From Mustelus asterias (taxonomy: Eukaryota): 64,000 bases of DNA. This document shows positions 40,462 through 51,705 of the stretch, piece by piece (position 1 is the first letter of the stretch; the number at the start of each line of letters is the position of its first letter). A program made the position numbers and the translations under genes. The stretch is from assembly GCF_964213995.1 (NCBI RefSeq), contig NW_027590773.1, positions 62,001 through 126,000 of the forward strand, written 5' to 3'. The notes under the pieces were generated by a model. The model made no database searches. It had not been told where the DNA came from and was given only the letters and a program-made list of their open reading frames with translations.

Positions 40462-40780
40462 CATCGAATCCTGCAGCGCAGATGGAGGCCATTTGGCCCA
40501 TCGAGTCGGCACCGACAACAAGCCCACAAAGGCCCTACTTCCATCTCCCCACATATTTATCGTGCTAAACCGCCTGATACGTACGGGCAATTTAGCACGG
40601 CCAATCACCCTAACCCGCACACTTTTATACTATGAGAGGGAACCGGAGCAGCCAAAGGAAACCCACACAGACAGGGGAGAACGTGCAAACTCCACACAGA
40701 CTGCGACCCGAGACCGGAATTGAACCCGGGTCCCTGGCGCTGTGAGGCAGCAGTGCGAACCACTGCGCCACCGTGTCGCC
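40462..40780 (-). mobile_element. HE1-type V-SINE (diverged)
   Basis: ggcgacacggtggcgcagtggttcgcactgctgcctcacagcgccagggacccgggttcaattcc on minus, with V-domain core. Confidence 0.85.
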
Positions 40781-40833
40781 CCATGCAGTAACCATCTTCA
40801 AATGAGAGGATTTAACCATTGCCCCTTGACATT

Positions 40834-40941
40834 CAATGGCATTACCAACACTAACTCCCTCACTATTAACAATGGCATTACCAACACTAACTCCCTCACT
40901 ATTAACAATGGCATTACCAACACTAACTCCCTCACTATTAA
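40834..40941 (+). repeat. 36-bp tandem repeat x3
   Basis: caatggcattaccaacactaactccctcactattaa three times. Confidence 0.95.
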
Positions 40942-41225
40942 CAAGGACGCAGATTTCAGAACACAAGGGGACATGTGTAAGCCTTATACACATCATTGTT
41001 GAGGACACAGTTCAAACACTTGGATCCGTGTAGCGTTAATCTCAGACACAATGTGTAAGACAGACTGGGAAAGATGAAGTGGGGATGAGAGAGAGAGAGC
41101 ACAATGCTCAGCGGAGACTTGAGCAATTGGGGACATTTTCAATGGAGCTGCAATTCTGTTCAGAAGTGGTTGGCAGACTTGTACCCAATCAAGACAGGTT
41201 GGAAAAGATTGAAAAGGAACAGAGA
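40935..41225 (+). repeat. Inverted duplicate of 58250-58550
   Basis: Shared pseudo-ORF MLSGDLSNWGHFQWSCNSVQKWLADLYPI on opposite strands. Confidence 0.85.
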
Positions 41226-41680
41226 TAACCCGGCTGGCCTCTCAGTGCGTGACTGGAGAGCGGCATTTCTGGTGATCTTTATTAAACGGAGGGAGGAGAC
41301 TTTTGTGTTCTGTGCAGTCGGCTGCTAGATGGTTCGTGCCAAACTGTAATGGGGACAGAATCTATAAGTAAGTTGCGGAGACAAGTGGATAAATATTTGA
41401 CCAGTAAACGGAAATTTTAAGAATATAAGATACATCGAATGCAAGCTGCAGATAAAGAATAAGTGGGTAACCCATCAACAGGGACAGTACGTGAGCAATG
41501 GGCCGAATGGTCTCTGTTAGTGCTACAACTGTCTACGATTCTAAGATTATGAACGGCTCTTTTCATTTAGAAAGACACCAGAGCACCGCAGTTATGAAAC
41601 AATTTACTCTGTTGTTACACACAGGAAGCAGAGGGGGTCGGAAGCACTGACGGTTCAAGTGGTCTCTGGTTCGAGAAACA

Positions 41681-41713
41681 GCCAATCACTCAGTGGCACC
41701 GCAAGTGACGTCA
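41681..41713 (+). promoter_or_regulatory. Putative V-gene promoter: CCAAT box plus CRE decamer AGTGACGTCA
   Basis: gccaatca near 41681 and AGTGACGTCA at 41704-41713, about 270 nt upstream of the V at 41981; matches the AGTGAYRTCA CRE decamer of mammalian TCR V-beta promoters. Confidence 0.5.
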
Positions 41714-41980
41714 GAGACCGACATCCCATAATAGTGGTGACACGGTGGCTCATCAGAGTGTAAAGCTCCCGCCTCTCCTTCCCCTCCCCACCACTCAGAG
41801 TCGAGGCCTCGGCAGCAAGTCCCAGTCCAGAAATGAGACCCGGACTGATCCTCCTGTGCTTCTTCATCAACATGGAGAAGAACACCCGCAAAAACCGCTT
41901 TCCAGTTGGGACTCTGATGCTGTTGATATTGTGTGGGTTTATGTTTCTATTATTCATTATTTCAACACTCTCTTCACATC

Positions 41981-42296
41981 ATGCGGTTTGTGAGTGATTT
42001 TCTTCTGTTCACAGCCGTTCAGTGTGAGTTTCAGAGCTCCCACCCTGAGCAGATGGTGTCTCGGGAAAGGGAACGGTTTGAACTGAATTGTCGGCTCTCC
42101 GTTGCTACAGACGTTACCGTTCTCTGGTTCAGACAAACACTGACATGGGCTCCGACACTGATCGCCTCCATTTACGATGGAAGTGCGACCGAAGGACGTT
42201 ACACACTGTCCTTTGACCGAGTAAAGAATTCAAAAACCATCTGTATTGATGACACCTCGGTCCAGGACTCCGGAATGTATCTGTGCGTGAAGCAGA
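41981..42296 (+). CDS. TRAV: TCR alpha/delta-type V segment (V1), open frame
   Basis: MRFVSDFLLFTAVQC-EFQ...FELNC...VLWFRQ...GRYTLS...DSGMYLCVKQ: Cys23, Trp41 and Cys104 present, followed by an RSS; leader organisation uncertain. Confidence 0.85.
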
Positions 42297-42335
42297 CACA
42301 GTGAGACACAGAGCGGATCCGGGTGAACACTATCC
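42297..42335 (+). other. 23-RSS of V1
   Basis: CACAGTG, 23 nt, ACACTATCC (weak nonamer). Confidence 0.8.
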
Positions 42336-42730
42336 TGCTCACTGCCCTGCCTCCGCTGCACGTTTAAATTTACCCAAAACTGGTGCCTTTAGCAATGCCG
42401 CTGATATTAGAAGTATCAATTTTCCATTTTTAACCTTCCATCTGGATAGAGTTGCAATATCCGATAACTGTCAGTACAGATGCAGTGTGTGGAAACATAT
42501 TAAGTAAACTCTCTTGTTTCGTTGTTCCACACACACTGAGTAAAGAAACAAACAGGAAAAATAACTGCTTCTCAGACACCTCAGCGGATAGAAATGCAAC
42601 AGAAAGATGGCTAAACATGGAAAAAAAGGAAGATAGAAAGATCTATAATAAGTAGATTTGTTCTTTGGATAGATAGACGCATAGATTAGTTAATTCCGTC
42701 TATGTACGCAAGCACTTTATTTATCCCCGT

Positions 42731-43048
42731 ATGTATCTTCATGTTAATTGTATTCTTATTTTGACAGATGTTCCTTGTCACTCGGAAACATTTCAGATGT
42801 CGGTGAATCGGGTAAAACTGGGACAGACCGTCTCCCTTCACCACAATGTTACTGTCACTGCAAATGACTTTGTGTTCTGGTACCGGCAATTCACCGATCA
42901 ACCTCCCGAGTATCTCGTATCCACATTCAGAGATGTAAAAGTTGAGGGAAGGTTTACAGTATCTGTGGACGGTGTGAAAGGCTCCACTGCTCTCACTGTT
43001 AACACGGTTGAGTTGTCAGACGCTGCGGTGTATTACAGTGCCGTGAGG
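42731..43048 (+). CDS. TRAV: TCR V segment (V2) with open frame but lacking both canonical Ig cysteines
   Basis: GQTVSLHHNVT (Cys23 replaced by His), FWYRQ, GRFTVSVD, LSDAAVYYSAVR (Cys104 replaced by Ser); phase-1 acceptor ttgacag at 42767 and in-frame ATG at 42731. Confidence 0.8.
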
Positions 43049-43087
43049 CACGGTGAAACAGAGAGATCAGGAGCCTGTACAATAACT
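43049..43087 (+). other. 23-RSS of V2
   Basis: CACGGTG, 23 nt, ACAATAACT. Confidence 0.85.
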
Positions 43088-43092
43088 CACTC

Positions 43093-43349
43093 ATGATGTG
43101 GAGATGCCGGCGTTGGACTGGGGTAAACAAAGTAAGAAGTCTTACAACACCAAGTTAAAGTCCAACAGGTTTATTTGGTAGCAAAAGCCACTGGCTTTCG
43201 GAACAGGCTGTTCCTTCGTCAGGTGGGTGGGAGTTCTGATCACAAACAGGGCACAAAGACACAAACTCAATTTACATGAATAATGATTGGAATGTGAGTC
43301 TTTACAGCTAATCAAGTCTTAAAGGTACAGACAATGTGAGTGGAGGGAG
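43093..43349 (-). mobile_element. Penelope-like element terminal fragment with hammerhead motif
   Basis: 13-bp TSD CAATAACTCACTC (43080-43092 and 43350-43362); empty site in the paralogue at about 46845-46870; homologous to 46175-46414. Confidence 0.75.
43188..43226 (-). ncRNA. Minimal type-I hammerhead ribozyme motif (probably inactive: U16.1 to C)
   Basis: CCAC CUGACGA A GGAACA-GCC-UGUUCC GAAA GC C A GUGG. Confidence 0.65.
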
Positions 43350-44601
43350 CAATAACTCACTCGACATGGGGACAGAGGACACAACAGCCCATAGACTTTA
43401 GAAATGAGTGTGATGCAAGTAAAATCGACAGAAAATGTTCTTGATCCGAGTAATATGATGGGATTGAAAATGCATGTTATTATTTCTAATCATTGAACTT
43501 GCAGATTAACACTCAAAAGAAACATGTAAATCATTCTTTGATACATTGGCTGATTGAAATTCGGTTATCACAATTGTTTTATTATGAGCGAGCTTTCAAA
43601 ACGTCCGTTCGTTCGAAATGAACGATTCAAACATATCAGTTGTGGATTTATGAGTTTATTAAAGCAAAATTCATCCATCTACACAGCTGGACAGGCGCTG
43701 TGCTAATGGCGCAGGCGCGTCAGAAAACTGAGATAAATGATTTGTATCAACACTAAACAGCAAATGTAGCAAAATCGAAATGATAAAGGCAGCAGATGTA
43801 ATAGCAATAACATCAAAGTAATAAAACACATAATAAACTGCAACAATAAAAATCCTGCAATATGATGCAGCAACATAAACACAATTGAGAATCGCTGTTT
43901 CACAGATGACGTCCCAAGACTTCATCTTTCGCTAAAACTTGCAGAACCGTCAGTCCCCCCTGTCACAGGTGACAGCTGGAGTTACAGGAAATACCTGTGC
44001 GTCTTGACACCACCACAAACTACAGCGCAAGAGCCGATGTGTGAATTACGGAAGTTCTGAACCGGAAACTCTGGGATCTATCCCCACTTCAGGGCATTAT
44101 GGTTACAGACATTATCCGGTCACACAGGTTGATGATCTGCTTGTAAATTCTTCCAATAAGCCGAATGACAAGTGATAAGAACAGGAGAGTTCCCTGGCCA
44201 GCCTTACTGCAGGAGGTGATGGAAACCACTGCAGGACTTTGCCAGGCATATTCATGGAGCAATCAAATGGAAATCTCTGGTCTACCAGCGCCGCCTCAGG
44301 GCATGGTACCTGATACATGGTACCTACAATATTACTGAACGCCATGACATGCTGAGTCAAAATTGTCTGCTGGTGTTTTCTGCACAGATGGGGAAACAGT
44401 TTGGGTCATCAAACTGTACAAATATTCTCATGTTAATTCTGTAAACTGCCCCGTTGCTTTGTTTTGGTAATACATTTTTAATAAGAAAACATATCTTGGA
44501 ATTAATAGTTTGAGAAATCACCAGGATTTCAGGTTTCATTTCAGACTCACTCTGATCACAATGTTTGCCTAACGCTCTGTTATGTTGAGTGGGGCTCTGA
44601 C

Positions 44602-44640
44602 AGTTTTTGTACAGGTTCAGCCCAGCTCTGTGTCTCTGTG
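44602..44640 (-). other. 23-RSS of V3
   Basis: CACAGAG, 23 nt, ACAAAAACT on minus. Confidence 0.9.
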
Positions 44641-45542
44641 GGTCTCAGAGCGCAGTAATAAACCCCGGAGTCTGCCAGCTCTGTTTTAGACACTTTCAGC
44701 GGGACGGTGCGGGTTGTATCATTGAGTTCCGCTGAAAAACGGTCCCCTGAGGATCCCCCTGTGTTTCCGCCGTATTTGTTTGCCTGCAGCAGGAACTCCA
44801 TGGATCCGCTGGGATACTGACGGTACCAGAACAAGTATAGAGTGCTCGCACTTGTAGTTGAATAATTACAGAACAACCTTACATTGACTCCTTCAGTAAC
44901 GGAGACTGCAGGTGTCTGTGAAACAGAATCTCCTCGACAATGCCCTGTAAAAACACAAAGGAATATTAAGTTACACAATGCGCCTGCACTCTGTTTCCCC
45001 CAGGACTTGCTCGTCATCCTGAACATAACCTTAGAGAGAAATCAGACGGCTGAACAGAAGCATATTTTTCACAGTTCAGTGGCTGGAACGGGAAGGTGCC
45101 TGGCGGTGATGAAATAAAACTTCCAGCATAAACATCCTGTACTTTCTAACGAGATTAGTTCCTCGCCTTCATTCCCTGTGACTGGAACGGGAAATTGCTC
45201 AGTGTCTGTGTGTTTGAAAGTCTAGTGATTGTCAAATCATTTTTTGTTATCAGAGAAGTTTGAATTTCAGCCTAACTCGTCCTCTCTCATTCCCTGAGGG
45301 GAAATGTGTCGGCTGCCATCAAACAGTGTTCAGTGTTGAAATCAGCGAGATCCGAATGACTATTCGAAGTTGGGATCAAGCCAATCCTCCTATCACCTCC
45401 CCTCACCCCCTTCCACTGAACGAACTGCCCGACAGAATATAGTGTGAGGGAAACATGTGAAACACAGTGTTGAGCAACTTGTGAACTTACCAGTTAAAAG
45501 AGCTGCTGCTGTGAGGAATAAATATAGGGTAACAGGAAACAT
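44641..45542 (-). CDS. TRAV: TCR alpha/delta V segment (V3): leader exon 45542-45491, V exon 44944-44641
   Basis: Leader MFPVTLYLFLTAAALLT G|gtaagt; V exon GDSVSQTPAVSVTEGVNVRLFCNYS...FWYRQ...DRFSAEL...DSGVYYCALR; phase-1 GT/AG intron. Confidence 0.93.
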
Positions 45543-45734
45543 GTTTGCAGAGAGCTCGCAGTGGATGTGACCAGAAAGGGTTGAAAGATGAAATTGTTTT
45601 CGTCAAGAGTTGGAAAGAAGTTGAGTCATATCCGGGCCCCTATTGATTGGTTCATTGCTGCCGACCTCATCATATGACATCCAATTGGCTTCAAATAATA
45701 AAATTCAGTCTCACCAATTCCAATTCAGAATTAG

Positions 45735-46088
45735 AAGAAATCATAGAAGAAATCATAGAAACCCTACAGTACAGAAAGAGGCCATTCAGCCCATCGAGTC
45801 TGCACCGACCACAATCCCACCCAGGCCCCACCCCCATATCCCTACACATTTTACCCACTAATCCCTCTAATCTACGCATCCCAGGACACTAAGGGGCAAC
45901 TTTAGCATGGCCAATCAACCTAACCCGCACATGTTTGGACTGTGGGAGGAAACCGGAGCACCCGGAGGAAACCCACGCAGACACGAGGAGAATGTGCAAA
46001 CTCCACACACACAGTGACCCAAGCCGGGAATCGAACCCAGGTCCCTGGAGCTGTGAAGCAGCAGTGCTAACCACTGTGCTACCGTGCC
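45735..46088 (-). mobile_element. Full-length HE1-type V-SINE
   Basis: ggcacggtagcacagtggttagcactgctgcttcacagctccagggacctgggttcgattcccggc... ending in a tttctatgatt tail. Confidence 0.92.
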
Positions 46089-46174
46089 GGAAGAAGATAT
46101 TTGGTGAGGTATGTAAATCAACAAGCCCCAAAATGTTCTCAATGACCCCATTCCAAACCTGATTGAACAGAATC

Positions 46175-46580
46175 TGATGTGGAGATGCCGGTGTTGGACT
46201 GGGGTGAACACAGTAAGAAGTCTCACAACACCAGGTTAAAGTCCAACAGGTTTATTTGGTAGCAAACACCATAAGCTTTCGGAGCGCTGCTCCTTCGTCA
46301 GATGGAGTGGAAATGTGCTCTCAGACAGTGCACAGAGACACAAAATCAAGTTACAGAATACTGATTAGAATGCGAATCCCTACAGCCAGCCAGGTCTTAA
46401 AGATGCAGGCAATGCAGATGCAGAAATAGGCAGAGCCCCCAGGATGGGTAATTAGCACTAAAAAGGAAATTAGCAGACAAATCCCTCCACCCACATTGTC
46501 TGCATCTTTAAGACCTGGCTGGCTGTAGGGATTCGCATTCTAATCAGTATTCTGTAACTTGATTCTGTGTCTCTGTACCA
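46175..46580 (-). mobile_element. Penelope-like element fragment with hammerhead and internal ~83-bp inverted repeat
   Basis: Same terminus as 43093; inverted arms 46332-46414 and 46494-46576, consistent with PLE inverted tails. Confidence 0.7.
46269..46305 (-). ncRNA. Minimal type-I hammerhead ribozyme motif
   Basis: CCAU CUGACGA A GGAGC-AGC-GCUCC GAA AGCU U AUGG: core CUGANGA/GAAA, paired stems I and II, palindromic AGCU helix III. Confidence 0.75.
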
Positions 46581-46649
46581 GATTGTGAGGTCTCTATGCT
46601 GTGGCTTGTTCAGCTTGTTTAGTTTAGCTTATGCCTGAATCCGGCACTG

Positions 46650-46852
46650 CTGGCAACCCACCGATCAAGCTCCCGAGTATGTCGTATCCACATTCAGAGA
46701 TGAAACAACTGGGGGAAGGTTTAAAGTATCTGTGGACCGTGAGAAAGGCTCCACTACTCTCACTGTTCACTCGGTTGAGCTGTCAGACTCTGCGGTGTAT
46801 TACAGTGCAATGAGGCACGGTGAATCAGAGATCAGGAGCCTATACAAAAACA
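46650..46852 (+). pseudogene. 5'-truncated paralogue of V2 (V4 psi) with RSS
   Basis: QPTDQAPEYVVSTFRDETTGGRFKVSVDREKGSTTLTVHSVELSDSAVYYSAMR; CACGGTG (46816-46822), 21 nt, ACAAAAACA. Confidence 0.85.
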
Positions 46853-46897
46853 CACTCGACATGGGGACTGTGGACACAATACCAAAATGCTTCAGAT

Positions 46898-48533
46898 AGA
46901 ACATAGAACATAGAACATAGAAAGCCACAGCACAAACAGGCCCTTCGGCCCACAGGTTGCGCCGATCACATCCCCACCTCTAGGCCTATCTATAGCCCTC
47001 AATCCCATTAAATCCCATGTACTCATCCAGAAGTCTCTTAAAAGACCCCAACGAGTTTGCCTCCACCACCACCGACGTCAGCCGATTCCACTCACCCACC
47101 ACCCTCTGAGTGAAAAACTTACCCCTGACATCTCCTCTGTACCTACCCCCCAGCACCTTAAACCTGTGTCCTCTCGTAGCAACCATTTCAGCCCTTGGAA
47201 ATAGCCTCTGAGAGTCTACTCTATCCAGACCTCTCAACATCTTGTAAACCTCTATCAGGTCACCTCTCATCCTTCGTCTCTCCAGGGAGAAGAGACCAAG
47301 CTCCCTCAACCTATCCTCATAAGGCATGCCCCCCAATCCAGGCAACATCCTTGTAAATCTCCTCTGCACCCTTTCAATGGCTTCAACATCTTTCCTGTAA
47401 TGAGGTGACCAGAACTGCGCGCAGTACTCCAAGTGGGGTCTAACCAGGGTCCTATAAAGCTGCAGCATTATCTCCCGACTCCTAAACTCAATCCCTCGAT
47501 TAATGAAGGCCAGTACGCCGTACGCCTTCTTGACCGCATCCTCCACCTGCGAGGCCGATTTAAGAGTCCTATGGACCCGGACCCCAAGGTCCTTCTGATC
47601 CTCTACACTGCTAAGAATGGTACCCTTCATATTATATTGCTGCTTCATCCCATTGGATCTGCCAAAATGGATCACCACACACTTATCCGGGTTGAAGTCC
47701 ATCTGCCACTTCTCCGCCCAGTCTTGCATTCTATCTATGTCTCGCTGCAACTTCTGACATCCCTCCAAACTATCCACAACACCACCTACCTTGGTGTCGT
47801 CAGCAAACTTACCAACCCATCCCTCCACTTCCTCATCCAGGTCATTTATGAAAATGACAAACAGCAAGGGTCCCAGAACAGATCCCTGGGGCACTCCACT
47901 GGTCACTGACCGCCATGCAGAGAAAGACCCCGCCACAGCCACTCTCTGCCTTCTGCAGGCAAGCCAGTTCTGGATCCACAAGGCAACAGCCCCTTGGATC
48001 CCATGCCCTCTCACTTTCTCAAGAAGTCTTGCATGGGGGACCTTATCAAACGCCTTGCTGAAGTCCATATAGACCACATCCACCGCTCTTCCTTCGTCAA
48101 TGTGTTTGGTCACATTTTCAAAGAACTCAACCAGGCTCGTAAGGCACGACCTGCCCTTGACAAAGCCGTGCTGACTACTTTTGATCATACTAAACTTCTC
48201 TAGATGATCATAAATCCTGTCTCTCAGGATCCTCTCCATCAACTTACCAACCACTGAGGTTAGACTCACCGGTCGGTAATTTCCCGGGCTGTCCCTGTTC
48301 CCTTTCTTGAATATAGGGACCACATCTGCAATCCTCCAATCCTCCGGAACCTCTCCCGTCTCCATCGACGATGCAAAGATCATCGCCAAAGGCTCCGCAA
48401 TCTCCTCCCTCGCCTCCCACAGTAACCTGGGGTACATCCCATCCGGTCCCGGCGACTTACCAACCTTGATGCCATTCAATAGTTCCAACACATCCTCTTT
48501 CTTTATGTCCACATGCTCGATCCTTTCTGTCCA
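46898..48533 (-). mobile_element. Young 5'-truncated CR1 LINE with uninterrupted RT ORF (46986 to about 48530)
   Basis: KSPGPDG, NYRPVSLTS, YMDFSKAFDKV, GVPQGSVLGP, KFADD; 3' (TTCTATG)n tail at 46898-46925; possible TSD CAGAT (46893-46897 and 48534-48538). Confidence 0.95.
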
Positions 48534-49606
48534 CAGATGTGAGCATGATTCAAGCAATATCGATATAAAACGTTCTGCTTGCGATTAACATAATGGAATT
48601 AAAACATATTTTATTATTTATCACAATGAAACTTGCAGACTAACCTTCAGTAGAAACATAAAAAACACTCCCTGATACATTGGCTTATTTAAATTTCGTT
48701 GGTATACGTGTTTGATTCTTAGCGACCGTCCAAGACTTCCGTTCTTTCGAAGTGAACAATCCAGACTGGTCAGTTCTGGATTTATGAGCTTATTACAGGG
48801 AAATTCATCCATCTAATCAACAGAACAGGTCCTGTTCTAATGGCGCAGACGCGTCCGGAAACGGGGACAAATGCACTGATATCAATACTAAACGTCAAAT
48901 GTAACAACATCAAAATAATGACAGAGGCATCAGATGCAGTAGTATCATCAAAGTAATAAAACACACAATAAACTGCTACACAAAAATCCTGCAATATCAT
49001 GCAGCAATGTTAACAACATTGAGAGTCGCTGTTTCACAGACGCCGCACCAAGACCTCATCTTTCGCTAAAACTTGCAGAACCGTGAGTTCAACTTGTCAC
49101 AGGTGACAACTGGAGTTATAGGGAATATCTGTGCTCACGAGTTTCACTCTCTACTTAACCGGTGCTGTACCTGCCCTGGAAGTTTTTAGTGTGACAATGT
49201 GGAGGGAGTTTTATATTTTGTCTAATATTTTGTCTACACGTGCTCTGGGTGTTTGAAGGGTTAGTCAGCCCTGTTGCTATATTGTACTAGCCTGTGTTTC
49301 AGTTTGACCAAAAAAACTGCTCACGGTCTGTCTGTTTGAAGTGTGATGTTTGCCAAAGTGATTCACTGGTATCAGAGGAGCTGGAATCTGAGCCCAACTC
49401 ATTCTCTATCAATCCCTGGGCGAAATGTGCCCAATCCCAACAGTGTTCAGTGATGAGACCAGCGAAATCCAGATAACTTTTCGATGTTGTGATCAATCCG
49501 TTCCCTCATCACCGACCCCCTCCCCCTCGCATTGAAGGAACTGCCTGACAGAATATAGTGTGTGGTAATAATGTGTAACACAGACTTGAGCAACTTGTGA
49601 AATTAC

Positions 49607-49658
49607 CGGTTAACAGAGCTGCCGCTGTGAGGAATAAATACCGAGTAACAGGAGACAT
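49607..49658 (-). pseudogene. Orphan V leader exon (V3 family) whose V exon is missing
   Basis: MSPVTRYLFLTAAALLT G|gtaatt with homologous promoter (49735-49800) and intron homology ending near 49315; no V exon follows. Confidence 0.8.
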
Positions 49659-51083
49659 GTTTGCAGAGAGCTCGGGGCGGATCTGACCAGAGCGGGTGGG
49701 AGATGTCATTGTTTCAGTCAAGAGTTGAAAGAGGCGGAGTCACATCCGGGCCCCTGTGGATTGGTTCACTGCTGAAAACATCAGATGACATCCAATCGGA
49801 TTCAAGCTCCTTTGTTCTGCAGTTCAACCAATGGTCTCACAGCTCCTTTATCTCCAATTCACCCCATAGGCGGAGAGACGGAAGGAACAAAGTGAAGTTG
49901 GCCATCCCACGACAGGGGATTATTTTCCTCTTCAACAGTTATTCCATGAACCGACCGGTCCCCTGAGTGTTGATGGGTCTGTTCTGACATGGAGAATGAC
50001 AATGTTCATCCCTACAGCAACATGTCAAGCAGTTTGTTATCAATCGTGTTTGGGATAGCAGCTACGGTGCGCGGGAGGATGAATTTTTAGTTGAAACGTG
50101 TACTTCACAAGTGATAGAATAATGAATAGTCTGTGATATTTCCATCCGATCTTCCCTCAATTTGTAACTTTGCCGCGTGTGAAATCCTCTTTCAGAGAGA
50201 AAGTATAGCTTGCCACCCCATTGGACTGCTGATCCAATCGGTGCCAAACAGGGAAAAGCAGCAAAGGTCAATATCTACAATAAAATCTCTAATAAAACAA
50301 CACAGATGAGGCAGGTCAGAGTGAGAACAACACGGGAAAGCTGTGGGTGTGGCTACCATAGGCAGTGTGGTGAGAAGTAGAATTTATCTGCAAGGAATTG
50401 AACTCAATAACAATATCGCATTGGAAATCATATAAATTTGCCTGTCTGTAGGAGCGGCAGCTGAATGTTCATTCCATAGCGCGGACCAGCAGTCTCGCAC
50501 CAGGAAGGTCAGGGTTAGTAAATGATCCAATACAAAGCGGAATCTTCATCAGTGATGTAGATGGAAAGTGGGACCGAATAGCTGAGTAGCTGGATTGGAG
50601 AGGTTCTCAGTGTGCTTGTGAGGAAAATCGCTATATTGTTAGGGCCAGGGGTGGGAATGAAGTCGCTGGTCTGATTATTGAAACAGAGAAACACTGGGTT
50701 GTGAATTGTGTCAGAAAACATTTGACAGACATTCAAAATGAGAATGAACATTGATGGCAACTTGTTCTCAGTGATTGTTTTAAATAGCACAATGATAACC
50801 TTGCGAAATGTATATGCCAATATAAACTGTCCCTTAGGCAGCAAAATACTCTGATCAAATAGACCCTTTGATCAAAGAGACGTTGAAAAGGAGAGTGAAG
50901 ATGGTGAAAGTGCTGCACAATAATTCACACAGGCAAGAAAATGTTATCAAAGGTTGAAGCGTGAGTTAAGGAACTGTAAATGTATTTTTAGTATAGTTGC
51001 AAGTTAAAAATTCAACTGTGGCTCAGCTGTTCGTGTTGAGTGTTGTGTTTTGTTTTGATATTTTGTTTATGATCCTGTGCGGG

Positions 51084-51097
51084 AGCGCCCTCTGCTG
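51084..51097 (-). promoter_or_regulatory. CTCF-type motif just downstream of the V5 RSS
   Basis: Minus strand CAGCAGAGGGCGCT, 26 nt beyond the nonamer. Confidence 0.6.
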
Positions 51098-51123
51098 ATC
51101 ACTAACCGGAACTCCCAGTCTGG

Positions 51124-51161
51124 GGTTTTTGTGCGGGGTTCGCTACATCTGTACCAGTGTG
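51124..51161 (-). other. RSS of V5 (22-nt spacer)
   Basis: CACACTG, 22 nt, ACAAAAACC. Confidence 0.88.
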
Positions 51162-51705
51162 GGCTCCATGGCACAGAAATACACGGCGCTGTCGGACAGA
51201 ACAGCTCTGGCGATATTTAAAGGAACAGTATTGTTTCCTTTGTGCAAAGCAGCCGAGAATCTATCTGAGAAATCCGGAGACTTATCGGTATTGCCCGAGC
51301 TATATATCTTCATCAAATATCTCAGAGCTTGCCCGGGATACTGGATGTACCAGAACATTGCTCGAAAAGCAGCTGTCGAGCTTTTACAGTCCAGTGTTAC
51401 GTTCTGTCCTTCCAGAACCGATAATTCAGTTCGATCTTGAAACACTGAATCTTCAGCATTTGCCCCTGTAACAAAACACAGAAGGTAATCAATATCTGGG
51501 AGGGAAGAGAGCCCATGGGACAGACACTGATCATTTAAACATTGACTCAAAAAAAGAAAATGCTCGAAATTTTCAGTAGATCTTGACAACATCTGTGAGA
51601 GGCGAACAGAGATAATGTTTCAAGTCAGGATGACACTTTGTCAGAGTTTATTGACTCACCGGGCAGCAAGACCATTATTATCAGCAAACAAAATAAGGAG
51701 CACAT
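51162..51705 (-). CDS. TRAV: TCR alpha V segment (V5): leader 51705-51660, V exon 51465-51162
   Basis: Leader MCSLFCLLIIMVLLP G|gtgagt; EDSVFQ...VTLDCKSS...MFWYIQYPGQ...DRFSAAL...LSDSAVYFCAME. Confidence 0.93.

Noticed and set aside
42336-42767. NAR-TCR-like V-D-J-supporting-V cassette between V1 and V2
   Set aside because: No convincing 12-RSS-flanked D, no J motif (F/YGxG plus donor), V1 is not IgNAR-like, and V2 lacks the extra CDR1 Cys.
45935-46088. tRNA genes at the SINE heads
   Set aside because: A/B boxes belong to tRNA-derived SINEs followed by V-domain and LINE-derived tail; no full cloverleaf.
50515-50590. V FR3-like peptide SVPLSIYITDEDSALYW on minus
   Set aside because: Too short, no Cys, no WYRQ and no RSS; may be a very old remnant but cannot be supported.
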